Below are positions 45,244-54,720 of a stretch of 64,000 bases of DNA, in pieces. The notes under the pieces are model-generated. The model was not told where the DNA came from. It was given only the letters and a program-made list of their open reading frames with translations, and ran no database searches. A program made the position numbers and the translations under genes. Each line of letters opens with the position of its first letter. Position 1 is the first letter of the stretch. The DNA comes from Candidatus Babeliales bacterium (GTDB taxonomy: Bacteria; Babelota; Babeliae; Babelales; JACPOV01), in assembly GCA_050250855.1 (NCBI GenBank), contig JBFWNW010000001.1, forward strand, positions 409,357 through 473,356, read 5' to 3'.

Positions 45244-47319
45244 CTATCTTCTTGTAGGTACCGCAGGTTTCTTTTCTTGCTTAAATTGGTTATCTAATGA
45301 GGTAAAAGCATTAAGGAAATCCGCTAAGAAATTCTTATCAGAAACCGGTGAATCAAGGCGTATTGCATTGATTATTCCTTTTGTTTTTTCATCGCGGGTA
45401 GATTTTAATGCTTCTTCTTCTGGTTGTCCCATGAAAAGATAACGGTTCAAAGGAGTTATGTTAATTACTTGAGCACCACGTTTTAATTGATTGCTCTGCC
45501 TGTCATAGCTCAAATTCAAAAGATTACCAAGAGATTCACGCAGAGATTCTTTCTTTTTCTCTTTTTCCTCTTCACCTTTTTCTTCTGTTGGCTTTATTTC
45601 TACAGGCTGAACCTTTGTAGCATCCTTTTTGTCTTTATCCTTTGGAGGGAAATATTTATGCCATAGTTCACGTGTTTGCGCTTCAATAAGTTTTTTATCA
45701 GCATCTTTTATTTTAAGCATGCGATGAGGACTTAATTCATTTTTAATAGCACGCAAATGGCGCTCCATTTCAAGAAGTCTGTTATTTATATTTTTAGCTT
45801 TTTCATACTCAGTATTCTCAGAAGGATCTTTTTCTAGGAAAGCAGCAAATCCTTTAAAGAGTTCTTTGCCTGCCGGAGCTCCCATACTTTCTTCATTAAT
45901 ACTTCTTTCAAGCGCTTCAAAGTTTTTGGTTATAGTTTTCAGTTTATCTTCACCAGCTTTAGTATCTGGTTTTCTGGGTGCCGGCTTTTTAGGTTGTTCG
46001 CCTTTGTCTTTACCTTTTTCATCTTTCTTTGCTTCAGGTTTTTTTGCTGATGCTTTCGATGGCTCTTTTCCTTCATCTATTTTTGTTGGCTCAAATGCTG
46101 GTTTTCCTGTTTGTCCAGCAGGGCCATCAAAACTGGGCTTGAATGAATCACGCCCTTCGTAACCAGGAAGAAAGTCAGAGCCGCCAAAAAATCCTGTATC
46201 TAAATCTCGTGCTCGAGGTGAGAATGAAGGATAGCGTACACGCAGCGCTTCTTCTTGTGCTTGGCGTGCCTTCTTTTCAAGCTCTTCTTGTTCTTGTTTT
46301 AGCTTAAGCGCTTCCGGTTCATATTTACTCAGGACGTTTACCATTTCCTTAATAAGGTTATTTTGGTAGATCGCCTTGTTGTAGTTTTGCAAAATAGAGT
46401 CAAACACTTGTTTTGTTTGTTCTTTTTGCATAATGATATTATATGCTTCAGAGAATGTTTCGCGTTCTTTTTGTGCTTCTTTGACCGCTTCTTTAATTTC
46501 AGTCTCTGATTTGCCTTCGCTTTTGAGTTCTTTTTCAAGAGCTTGAGGGCTTTTTTCTGTATATAATTTTTGATACGATTTATTGACCTCTTGCCATGAA
46601 GCATCAGTAGTTGTTCCTAATAAGGTATACGGATTTACTTCTTCTAGCTCTACTTCTTTTACAATAAAGAGTGGTTCAAGATAGTTTAATGCTTGTTCAA
46701 GCTCGCGAAGCGTTTTGCACAGAGGAGCAAACTCTTTTTCTGGCAGATATTTAAGAAGTTTGTCTTCTGCCAATGCATGGAAGTAATACAGCATATCTTG
46801 GATATTGTATTTCCATTCTTTAAGCTTATCAGCATATGCTCGATTTGATTCTGCTTTATGAGAAATAGCATTGATTTTTGCAATAAGGTTTTTAAGAATG
46901 CCCTGTAACTCTTTTGACTCCAAACACATTTTTGGCAGTTCAATCGGTTTTGGTTGTTCTAATTTTGGTAGTTCTGGCATAGGCTGCGCAACAGGAGCCG
47001 TTTGCTGTTCTTTTAATTCTGGTGGCGTAGGAACACCAAATAATTCTTGGAAAGGATCTTTCCCTTGAGATTCCATTTCTTTAATGTAGTCTTCACCAAT
47101 TTTTGCCAATGCATCAAGTGTTTCTTGGTCTAAAGTTTCCAGTACCTGTAACATTTCTTGTAATTCAGCTTCTGAAATGGGGGGCATTTTAGCACCCGGT
47201 GCTGGTCGCGCAGGAGCGGCTGGTTTCTTTTGTGGTGGCGCTTGTACAGGACGTTGAGCACTGTAGGAAAAAAAGTTTAAACTGAGTAGGGTTAGGAAAA
47301 AAATATTAAAAATCTTCAT
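45244..47319 (-). CDS. Secreted Lys/Glu/Pro-rich protein with a J-domain-like segment lacking HPD
   Basis: I prefer the start MKIFNIFFLTLLSLNFFSYSA (47319). It has Pro-rich and KE-rich low-complexity regions. Residues ~243-325 of the track ORF resemble a J domain: NPYTLLGTTTDASWQEVNKSYQKLYTEKSP...ETFSEAYNIIMQKEQTKQVFD. Confidence 0.55.
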   Translation of the reverse strand: MKIFNIFFLTLLSLNFFSYSAQRPVQAPPQKKPAAPARPAPGAKMPPISEAELQEMLQVLETLDQETLDALAKIGEDYIKEMESQGKDPFQELFGVPTPPELKEQQTAPVAQPMPELPKLEQPKPIELPKMCLESKELQGILKNLIAKINAISHKAESNRAYADKLKEWKYNIQDMLYYFHALAEDKLLKYLPEKEFAPLCKTLRELEQALNYLEPLFIVKEVELEEVNPYTLLGTTTDASWQEVNKSYQKLYTEKSPQALEKELKSEGKSETEIKEAVKEAQKERETFSEAYNIIMQKEQTKQVFDSILQNYNKAIYQNNLIKEMVNVLSKYEPEALKLKQEQEELEKKARQAQEEALRVRYPSFSPRARDLDTGFFGGSDFLPGYEGRDSFKPSFDGPAGQTGKPAFEPTKIDEGKEPSKASAKKPEAKKDEKGKDKGEQPKKPAPRKPDTKAGEDKLKTITKNFEALERSINEESMGAPAGKELFKGFAAFLEKDPSENTEYEKAKNINNRLLEMERHLRAIKNELSPHRMLKIKDADKKLIEAQTRELWHKYFPPKDKDKKDATKVQPVEIKPTEEKGEEEKEKKKESLRESLGNLLNLSYDRQSNQLKRGAQVINITPLNRYLFMGQPEEEALKSTRDEKTKGIINAIRLDSPVSDKNFLADFLNAFTSLDNQFKQEKKPAVPTRR

Positions 47320-47406
47320 GAATTTGTCATCCTTTGGTATGAATACAGAGAGGAGATTCCTCAATCGATTGCATCTATTTCAAATACAGAGGTCGTAAGA
47401 AAGCAT

Positions 47407-47820
47407 ATGTACATAAATTATAACGCCTTCTTATTTCTATTATTAAATTACCACAGAGTAAAAAAAAGTTCAAGGGGTACCCTCAGGGGTGGCTTTTTAC
47501 TCCTTGAGCTTTTAGTTGCCTTTATTATAGCTCTTTTGCTAGGTACTGTAACTATTCTCTGGCAAAAAAATAGTATAGATGCTCTTGCAAAGCTCCAAAA
47601 ACAGCTCTCTGTTCTCCAAGAAACTAGCCAAAATCTCAGGCGCATGCAAAGGGATGCGGCCTATGCAAAAAGGGCTCAAAGCGCTCTTGAGCAGGTACAT
47701 CTTCTGGCATCTATTGATACATTTTTAGTGCTCAAAGAGCCGCATCACTTCAAGCTTGTTACGGTACGCGCACCAGATTCTGGTCTGTATCTTATGGGAG
47801 GGGTTCTGCATGAAAAATAG
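47407..47820 (+). CDS. Pseudopilin/minor-pilin-like protein (prepilin-type N-terminal motif)
   Basis: G/FLLLELLVAFIIALLLG, with Glu at +5 after the putative cleavage Gly. The leader is unusually long, so the start is uncertain. Confidence 0.5.
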   Translation: MYINYNAFLFLLLNYHRVKKSSRGTLRGGFLLLELLVAFIIALLLGTVTILWQKNSIDALAKLQKQLSVLQETSQNLRRMQRDAAYAKRAQSALEQVHLLASIDTFLVLKEPHHFKLVTVRAPDSGLYLMGGVLHEK

Positions 47821-48322
47821 TCCCGGCTTTTTATTGATAGAGCTTCTTGTCTATATTGCGGCCTCTTTGTTTCTTGCTGTTGTTGTGCTGCGTAGTGCGA
47901 TTTCTTATACGCAACAATTAACCACAACCAGAAATGCCGTACAAAAAACATCGAGCATGCAGAGCGCACTTGTGGCATTTAAGCGAGATATTGAACAAGC
48001 ACCTTGTGCTTGCGATGCATGGTATGTTATCAATGATCATGAGCTTATATGGCGCGGTGATCATGATGCATGCGGATGGTCTTATGAAAAGAAATCTTTA
48101 ATACGGCGCCAAGGAACGTATGATCATAAAAAAAAGAATTGGGGGAAAAAAACAAAAAGTGTAGCCGCTCAGGGACTTGAACACGTTATATTTTCTGTGC
48201 ATAAGAGTGATACTGCGATTCAAGAAGTTGATTGCATGCTTTCTGCACATAAGGAAGGTACTAAGAAATCTTTTACCATGAACGTACAAGTACCTTTATG
48301 TAATGGAGAGATTTTGGTATGA
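47810..48322 (+). CDS. Pseudopilin/minor-pilin-like protein
   Basis: MKNSPG/FLLIELLVYIAASLFLAVV is a canonical prepilin cleavage/methylation motif. The RBS is gggagggg, and the gene overlaps the upstream gene. Confidence 0.6.
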   Translation: MKNSPGFLLIELLVYIAASLFLAVVVLRSAISYTQQLTTTRNAVQKTSSMQSALVAFKRDIEQAPCACDAWYVINDHELIWRGDHDACGWSYEKKSLIRRQGTYDHKKKNWGKKTKSVAAQGLEHVIFSVHKSDTAIQEVDCMLSAHKEGTKKSFTMNVQVPLCNGEILV

Positions 48323-48753
48323 AGCAAAAAGGTTTTATTGTCCTTATAGTGCTTGCTTGCATGAGCATGATACTTCTTTATAGTACGCTTGTATGGCGAT
48401 CAGCAGCGCTTATTCATGCTTTAGTTGCTGAAAAAATAATGTATGAAAAACATAACGCTCTCCATCAAGCATTGGCGTTGTGGAGCATTGATCTTTGTAA
48501 AGAAAATTTTGACTATCTGTTAGCATCGCTTGATAAGGATGCTCAAGCACTTGCTATTCCACAATGGCCCCCGCGCAAAAAAGAAGCACTCCCCGGGTTG
48601 CTAAAACTGAGCAAACGGTCATATAATGAAATTGATATGGCAATACATCTTATGCTGGGCAAAAAAAGTAAAATTATTACGTGTACCTTAACCCGTAAAG
48701 AAAAAAATGCTCAGGAATATAGTTTTCATGTATCAGCATGGCGCTATTCATGA
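48319..48753 (+). CDS. Minor-pilin-like protein lacking Glu5 (GspK/PilX-like position in the operon)
   Basis: MKQKG/FIVLIVLACMSMILL. The ATGA start overlaps the upstream stop. Confidence 0.4.
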   Translation: MKQKGFIVLIVLACMSMILLYSTLVWRSAALIHALVAEKIMYEKHNALHQALALWSIDLCKENFDYLLASLDKDAQALAIPQWPPRKKEALPGLLKLSKRSYNEIDMAIHLMLGKKSKIITCTLTRKEKNAQEYSFHVSAWRYS

Positions 48754-48767
48754 GCCAGGAGCTTGCT

Positions 48768-49604
48768 ATGAAAAAATTACTCTTGTGCTTGCTGCTCTTT
48801 GTAGCTAATGTATGCGCTCAAGAAAATCTTTCCTTATTTGATATCCATCCAGACGTACTTAATAAAAACATCCTTGATTATTTACTGTCAGAAAAGCCAT
48901 TCTCAAGATACCATAAAAAATTTGAAAAATTAGATTATCAAGAGGTTCATACAAACGAATGTATTTTGAATCATATGCAAATTCCAACACAGCAACATAT
49001 AACCTATTTAAAGTTTGAACCGCCTACCGTATTAGGACTATCTGATAATAAAGCATTAATTGGTTTTGCTATGTCAACGTATATAAAAGTTTTTAAGTCC
49101 GGTGATCCAAAAAATAACGTGTACTATAAAAAAATTTCATTACCTAGTGAGTGCGTAGGAATTCTTCTATGTTCAAAAAGTAATCGGGGTGTTTTCTGTA
49201 TGGCACAACAAGATAGGTATGAACTCATGCTGGCTAACTTTGATACTCAAAAAGAACTCTCTTTGATGAATTTTAAAAAATACCCTAATGATAATTTAAC
49301 TGCACCAAAACTTTTACTACATACTTCAGAGCAAAAAATCTATATAAAGATTCCTGAGAGCGCAGAGCGATATATTGATATTTCTAATGAAGATCCCTGG
49401 GCACGACTTTTGGCAAAGCAACGTTTTATGCATCAACCCCGGTTCTGGGAACAGCAGAAGCCTAAAACACTCAGAAATCTTTTCCATCGTCTTCGTATTT
49501 GTGCAGATCCTGCTACCTTGCGTGAACAGCAGGAAAAAAGGGTATTACCGCAAAATCTTGTAGGACTCTATCTGCGTCTAACAGGAACAGATACGCAACA
49601 GTAA
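48768..49604 (+). CDS. Hypothetical secreted protein downstream of the pseudopilin genes
   Basis: I prefer the start MKKLLLCLLLFVANVCAQ. I recognise no family. Confidence 0.45.
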   Translation: MKKLLLCLLLFVANVCAQENLSLFDIHPDVLNKNILDYLLSEKPFSRYHKKFEKLDYQEVHTNECILNHMQIPTQQHITYLKFEPPTVLGLSDNKALIGFAMSTYIKVFKSGDPKNNVYYKKISLPSECVGILLCSKSNRGVFCMAQQDRYELMLANFDTQKELSLMNFKKYPNDNLTAPKLLLHTSEQKIYIKIPESAERYIDISNEDPWARLLAKQRFMHQPRFWEQQKPKTLRNLFHRLRICADPATLREQQEKRVLPQNLVGLYLRLTGTDTQQ

Positions 49605-49691
49605 AAAAAGAGTGGTTAAGACTGTCTTTTTTTGGCAGTATGGTTATACTTAATCTCTAGACTTATTATTGATTATAGCTGAAAGGTTTTT

Positions 49692-50138
49692 ATGAAAGTA
49701 TACTTACGTAAAGATGTTGAAAGAATAGGCATGCAAGGGGAAATTGTAAAAGTATCTGATGGCTTTGCCAAAAATTTTTTATTTCCTAAGCAATTAGCTG
49801 TAGAAGTAACTCCTGAAAATGAATCGTTTTATATTACACGCCAAAGAAAAGTAGAAAACCGTAAAGAGGTTATAGCTACGCAATCTTCATTATTGGCAGA
49901 AAAAATTAAAACAACGCAGCTTGTTTTAAAAAGAAAACTTCATGACGGCAGCAAGCTTTATGGCTCTATTTCTCCGGTTGAAATAGTTGATGCATTAGCA
50001 GAAAAAGGCATTAAGGTTGCAAAAAACCAAATTCTTTTTGATAAATCAATCAAAGAAAAAGGCAGCTACGAAATAACTATCAAGCTTTCTTCCCGCTTAC
50101 AACCAAAAGTTAAGATTTCAGTTGTAGCCGAAGGCTAA
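49692..50138 (+). CDS. rplI: 50S ribosomal protein L9
   Basis: MKVYLRKDVERIGMQGEIVKVSDGFAKNFLFPKQLA is a typical L9 N-terminus. It precedes dnaB, which is the usual arrangement. Confidence 0.9.
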   Translation: MKVYLRKDVERIGMQGEIVKVSDGFAKNFLFPKQLAVEVTPENESFYITRQRKVENRKEVIATQSSLLAEKIKTTQLVLKRKLHDGSKLYGSISPVEIVDALAEKGIKVAKNQILFDKSIKEKGSYEITIKLSSRLQPKVKISVVAEG

Positions 50139-50169
50139 GAAACATTCTCTAAGGAGAGGTCATTTTTTA

Positions 50170-51549
50170 ATGGCACAAGAAACACGCTGGGGCACCAAGT
50201 CAGCAGCTCAAGTATCTGCTGAAAAATTACTTGGTAAGGCTTTGCCTTTTAGCTTAGAGGCAGAAAAATCTGTATTGGGAGCTTTATTGCTCAATGATGA
50301 ATCTATTCATCAAATTTCTGAAATGTTGTTGCCTAGTGATTTTTATCAGGTAGCGCATAAGCTTATTTATCAAGCTATGCTTACACTGGTTGAGCATTAT
50401 AAACGCATTGATATTGTTTCTTTACAGGATTTTCTTGAAAAGCAGAAAAACTTAGAACATGTTGGTGGCATTACCTATTTGCTTTCATTGCAAGAGGATA
50501 TTCCTTCTATAGGTATGCTCAAGCAGCATGCACAGATTATTAAGGAAAAATCGGTATTACGCGATTTGATTAATTCTGCAACGGAAATTATTACCCAGTG
50601 CTATGACCAGAATGATAAAGAAATTGATGCCGTTTTAGATCAAGCAGAGCAACACATATTCCAGATTGCAAACAAGCGTACTAATCAGAATTTTGTACAG
50701 CTTAATATTTGGCTCAAAAAAACTTTTGAACATCTTTCTGATATTAAAAATCATGCAAAAGGAATTACTGGTGTCCCATCGAGTTATAAAAAGCTTGATA
50801 AAATGACCTCTGGCTTTCAGAAAGGAGATCTGATTGTTTTAGCCGCACGTCCTTCTATGGGAAAAACGGCACTATCATTAAGTTTGGCAGCACAAGCTGC
50901 ACAGGTACCCTTGAGTGTTGGTTTCTTTTCTTTAGAAATGTCAGCCGAGCAGCTCACGTTGCGTCTTCTTTCTATGCAAGCTGGTATTTCACACCAAAAT
51001 ATTCGTAATGCAGCTATTTCTTCTGAAGAATGGCTTGAATTGACCAATGTGGCAGCACAACTTGCTGGTATGAAGCTTTTTATTGATGATACGGCCATGC
51101 TTTCCATTATGGATTTGCGTGCCAAAGCGCGTAAATTAAAAGCTGAGCATAAACTTGATTTACTCATCATAGATTATTTACAATTATTGCGTACCGCGCG
51201 CAAACATGAAAATAGGCATCAAGAGGTTTCTGAAATTTCTCGTTCACTGAAGGCATTAGCAAAAGAATTGGAAGTTCCTATTATTGCGCTATCTCAGCTA
51301 TCACGTGCTGTTGACTCGCGCGTTGATAAACGACCAATGCTTTCAGATTTGCGTGAATCTGGTGCTATTGAGCAGGATGCTGATTTGATTATGTTTTTGT
51401 ATCGTGATGTGGTGTATAATCCTGATACAGAAAACCCAGCTCTTTCAGAGCTTATTATTGGCAAACAACGTAATGGCCCAACAGGTACTATTTATATGAA
51501 CTTTATTCGAGAGCTGACAAAATTTGAGGAAACGGATTATGAAGAATAG
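50170..51549 (+). CDS. dnaB: Replicative DNA helicase DnaB
   Basis: 459 aa. Contains PFSLEAEKSVLGALLL, Walker A ARPSMGKTALSL, IIDYLQLL and LSQLSRAVDSR. Confidence 0.95.
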   Translation: MAQETRWGTKSAAQVSAEKLLGKALPFSLEAEKSVLGALLLNDESIHQISEMLLPSDFYQVAHKLIYQAMLTLVEHYKRIDIVSLQDFLEKQKNLEHVGGITYLLSLQEDIPSIGMLKQHAQIIKEKSVLRDLINSATEIITQCYDQNDKEIDAVLDQAEQHIFQIANKRTNQNFVQLNIWLKKTFEHLSDIKNHAKGITGVPSSYKKLDKMTSGFQKGDLIVLAARPSMGKTALSLSLAAQAAQVPLSVGFFSLEMSAEQLTLRLLSMQAGISHQNIRNAAISSEEWLELTNVAAQLAGMKLFIDDTAMLSIMDLRAKARKLKAEHKLDLLIIDYLQLLRTARKHENRHQEVSEISRSLKALAKELEVPIIALSQLSRAVDSRVDKRPMLSDLRESGAIEQDADLIMFLYRDVVYNPDTENPALSELIIGKQRNGPTGTIYMNFIRELTKFEETDYEE

Positions 51550-51874
51550 AACGATATTCCTTTTTGTTTTTTCTATGTTGAGTTTATTTTTCATTACCTA
51601 TGCCGCTGAGTTTAATGAACCACATCAATTGACTCTTTTTGACGAAAATCTCACTCAACCCCAAATAAACTCCGTTCAACAAAATCAAAATCCTCCTCAA
51701 CAAAATATACCGCTATTCTCAACTATTTCTGAAATGCTTGAAGTTATCACATGTGGACCAACAATCACCGGAATGCTTTATGATAATTTAGGTGGAGAAA
51801 CGATTGCTCGCATACTTTTTCAATGTTTTAACAATTCAAGCGACGAGAAGGAACACCATGAAAAATATGATTAG
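51539..51874 (+). CDS. Hypothetical small secreted protein (Q/N/P-rich)
   Basis: ATG 51539 is preceded by gagga. Signal peptide MKNRTIFLFVFSMLSLFFITYA. Confidence 0.4.
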   Translation: MKNRTIFLFVFSMLSLFFITYAAEFNEPHQLTLFDENLTQPQINSVQQNQNPPQQNIPLFSTISEMLEVITCGPTITGMLYDNLGGETIARILFQCFNNSSDEKEHHEKYD

Positions 51875-52163
51875 ATTCTGTTCTATACTTCTTATTTTCT
51901 CTGCAAGGGCTATGGATCAAAGTAAGCCGCACAAACAGCTTTTTGATGCTATTGAAGAACAAGATTTAGATTCTGTAAAAAATTATTTAAATGCAACTGA
52001 CATTGATTTGGCAACACTCAAAAAAGCATCCGATAATGCCCAAGCAGTATTTTTTGGGTATTGGAAAGCTTATAAAAATTCTGATATTCATTTTACCTCA
52101 AAGCATAATTCAATACGCTATTTTATTACTAAAAAGATTAACGAAATAGATTTAAATAACTAA
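51858..52163 (+). CDS. Small secreted protein with the 'LF.AI...D...VK.YL' motif (family member 1)
   Basis: MKNMIRFCSILLIFSARA signal, followed by KQLFDAIEEQDLDSVKNYLNATDIDLATLKKA. Confidence 0.45.
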   Translation: MKNMIRFCSILLIFSARAMDQSKPHKQLFDAIEEQDLDSVKNYLNATDIDLATLKKASDNAQAVFFGYWKAYKNSDIHFTSKHNSIRYFITKKINEIDLNN

Positions 52164-52174
52164 GAAGGGATTTC

Positions 52175-53107
52175 ATGAAAAATACACTCAAACTACTTTT
52201 TGCAACATTAGTTATTTCTGTACACGCTATGGAAATCAAAAAAGCTAAAATAGAAATAGAAAAAAGTCAGCATCAAGAGCTTTTTAATTTTATTAAGGAA
52301 ACCGATATGCATGGTGTAAAAGAATATTTAGAAAAAAATTATTTTGATGAAGAAACTCTAGAAAAAGCTCGTTGTCTAGCTGCTAATAAATGGAGTAGTA
52401 AAAATGAGCTGGTGCGAGAAGCTTCACAAAGAATCGTGAGTAATCTTGATGCTAAGATTAGGGAACTTTATCCTAATCGACCGCATGAAAAATTGTATGA
52501 AGCTATTCAATACGTAGACATAAAATCTGTAGAAAAATACTTAGAAAATAATACTCTTGATTCGGTAACTCTTGCTATAGCCAAAAACCGCGCTACAGCA
52601 AAATTGTGGCATGGATTTAATGGTAGTTTTGATAAAAGGCCTCTTGACATTATTGATTTGATTGATAAAAAAGATTGCAATGAAAGGCAGCATCAAGAGC
52701 TTTTTAATTTTATTAAGGAAACCGATATGCATGGTGTAAAAGAATATTTAGAAAAAAATCATTTTGATGAAGAAGCTCTAGAATTTGCTCGTTATCTAGC
52801 TGCTGATCAATGGAGTAGTAAAAATGAGTTCGTGCGAGAAGCTTCACAAAGAATCGTGAGTAATCTTGATGCTAAGATTAGGGAACTTTATCCCAACCGA
52901 CCGCATGAGAAATTGTATGAAGCTATTCAATACGTAAACATAGAATCTGTAGAAAAATACTTAAAAAATAATACTCTTGATTCGGTAACTCTTGCTATAG
53001 CCAAAAACCGCGCTACAGCAAAATTGTGGCATGGATTTAATGGTAGTTTTGATAAAAGGCCTCTTGACATTATTGATTTGATTGATAAAAAACAAGAAAA
53101 GGAATAA
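52175..53107 (+). CDS. Secreted protein built from a tandem 140-aa duplication of the same motif family
   Basis: 310 aa. The two halves are nearly identical (QHQELFNFIKETDMHGVKEYLEKN...DKRPLDIIDLIDKK). Confidence 0.5.
   Translation: MKNTLKLLFATLVISVHAMEIKKAKIEIEKSQHQELFNFIKETDMHGVKEYLEKNYFDEETLEKARCLAANKWSSKNELVREASQRIVSNLDAKIRELYPNRPHEKLYEAIQYVDIKSVEKYLENNTLDSVTLAIAKNRATAKLWHGFNGSFDKRPLDIIDLIDKKDCNERQHQELFNFIKETDMHGVKEYLEKNHFDEEALEFARYLAADQWSSKNEFVREASQRIVSNLDAKIRELYPNRPHEKLYEAIQYVNIESVEKYLKNNTLDSVTLAIAKNRATAKLWHGFNGSFDKRPLDIIDLIDKKQEKE
52268..53095 (+). repeat. Tandem direct duplication, 2 x ~420 bp, inside the 52175-53107 CDS
   Basis: cagcatcaagagctttttaattttattaaggaaaccgatatgcatggtgtaaaagaatatttagaaaaaaat recurs at 52268 and 52688. 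The copies differ at only scattered positions. Confidence 0.85.
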
Positions 53108-53110
53108 GTT

Positions 53111-53638
53111 ATGCATAGCAAAAAAATAGCTGCCGCTCTGTGCTTTCTGTGTTGTGCAACCTATGCAATGGAACAAAATTTAAATCGGCACAAAGAGCTT
53201 TTTGCTGCAATTTTAGAATCTGATACTAAAAAAGCGCAAAGTTTTCTCTTGAATAATGATTATGCAATTGGTAGTGATACGTTACAAGATGCAGGACTCT
53301 TGGCAGGTCAAATTTTAGAAAATAAGAGAAATGCCGATAAAAATTGGTTGACCTGGGATCGAGGTTATGATCTTTTAAATGCTGTAGGCTATGGTATTTT
53401 GCTCGGAACAAATCTGTACCTTACTCACGATGGCTCTGCATGGATTCAAACACCTGCTATTTTGATTCCTCTGGCAGGATGTGTTTTTAATTTTGTTAAA
53501 TGTTTCCCGACAGGAACATCACCGGAAGTACACAAGGCTCAGCTTGTTAAAGACACCATTTTTGCTCGTTCACTTGGCAACTTGGCAGCATCAGTAACTG
53601 GCTATCAAAATGCTGTGCCAATCGCTCTAGAGGAGTAG
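53111..53638 (+). CDS. Secreted/membrane protein with one copy of the 'ELFAAILESD...FLLNN' motif and a hydrophobic C-terminal half
   Basis: 175 aa with signal peptide AAALCFLCCATYA. Confidence 0.45.
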   Translation: MHSKKIAAALCFLCCATYAMEQNLNRHKELFAAILESDTKKAQSFLLNNDYAIGSDTLQDAGLLAGQILENKRNADKNWLTWDRGYDLLNAVGYGILLGTNLYLTHDGSAWIQTPAILIPLAGCVFNFVKCFPTGTSPEVHKAQLVKDTIFARSLGNLAASVTGYQNAVPIALEE

Positions 53639-53658
53639 AAAATAAAAAAGGATGAGTA

Positions 53659-54144
53659 ATGATTATTCTAGGGATAGATCCAGGCTTTTCATTTACCGGT
53701 TTTAGCGTTATCAAGCAAGAAGAACGCAAAACCTACCTGATGGATTATGGTTATCTTTCTTTACCACAACAAAAACATCTTTCACAACGCGTGGGTATTT
53801 TTTATAGTTTTTTTCAGGAAAAAATTATACGACACAAAATAACAGACCTAGCATTAGAGACGCCATTTTTAGGAAAAAATGCCCAAAACTTTTTGAAGCT
53901 TGGGTATTTGCGCGGCATTTTATATTTACTTGCAGACCAACATGGACTTATCTTGCATGAATTTTCTCCACGCGAAGTCAAGCAAGCCGTGACGGGATTT
54001 GGTGGCGCACAGAAAGATCAAGTTGCACGAGTTATCGGCCAGCTTTTTCCACAGTTAAAAACACCGGTAAAGGCTGATGTAACCGATGCTTTGGCCGTTA
54101 CGCTGTGTGGATTGTGGCGCATGAAGCGTTCTTCTTTTTTCTAA
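53659..54144 (+). CDS. ruvC: Holliday-junction resolvase RuvC
   Basis: MIILGIDPGFSFTGFSVI, ...LALETPFLGKNAQNFLKLGYLRG..., and DVTDALAVTLC carrying the catalytic acidic residues. Confidence 0.9.
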   Translation: MIILGIDPGFSFTGFSVIKQEERKTYLMDYGYLSLPQQKHLSQRVGIFYSFFQEKIIRHKITDLALETPFLGKNAQNFLKLGYLRGILYLLADQHGLILHEFSPREVKQAVTGFGGAQKDQVARVIGQLFPQLKTPVKADVTDALAVTLCGLWRMKRSSFF

Positions 54145-54229
54145 TATACTTGCCTTCATGGGTTCCAATAGTGTAGAGTGCAAATGTGTAGAAAAACCCG
54201 GTAAGGTTTTTAATCAAAAAGGAGAGCGC

Positions 54230-54712
54230 ATGAGATACAGCAATACAACCGCTCATCGCAAGACTCCGGCTCTTGTTAAGGCAAACTTGCTTGCTTTGTC
54301 ACGTATTATTCCGCATACTTTCACAGAACAAGATATTATAGCATTGCACGATGACTTTCTTACTCATGGCTTTCATTATCTTAAAGTGCCAGATGTACGT
54401 ACGGGAAGGCGTATGATGGAAACGTTTTTATATTCACTCAAAAATTACTACCTTGATGTTGCTTGCTTGAGTATGGAAGAGCTTCCTCTGCCGGCAGCTG
54501 TTGCTGATATATATGAAACACTGGAGTGGTATGGATATATTCGTCATGCATGTCTTGAGAGCTTTTTCCTTGAGCAATGGTACTTTGATTTTATATGGAT
54601 TGAGGCAACAGAAAATCTTTTACGCTCACCATGGTTTTGTAATTTTTCACAGTTGCTTGAAGAGTTTTTGATTAATGATGAAATACCAATATTTATCATA
54701 TCTTATTATTAG
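54230..54712 (+). CDS. Hypothetical protein
   Basis: I prefer the internal start after the RBS aaaggagag. I recognise no family. Confidence 0.4.
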   Translation: MRYSNTTAHRKTPALVKANLLALSRIIPHTFTEQDIIALHDDFLTHGFHYLKVPDVRTGRRMMETFLYSLKNYYLDVACLSMEELPLPAAVADIYETLEWYGYIRHACLESFFLEQWYFDFIWIEATENLLRSPWFCNFSQLLEEFLINDEIPIFIISYY

Positions 54713-54720
54713 GAAATAGA

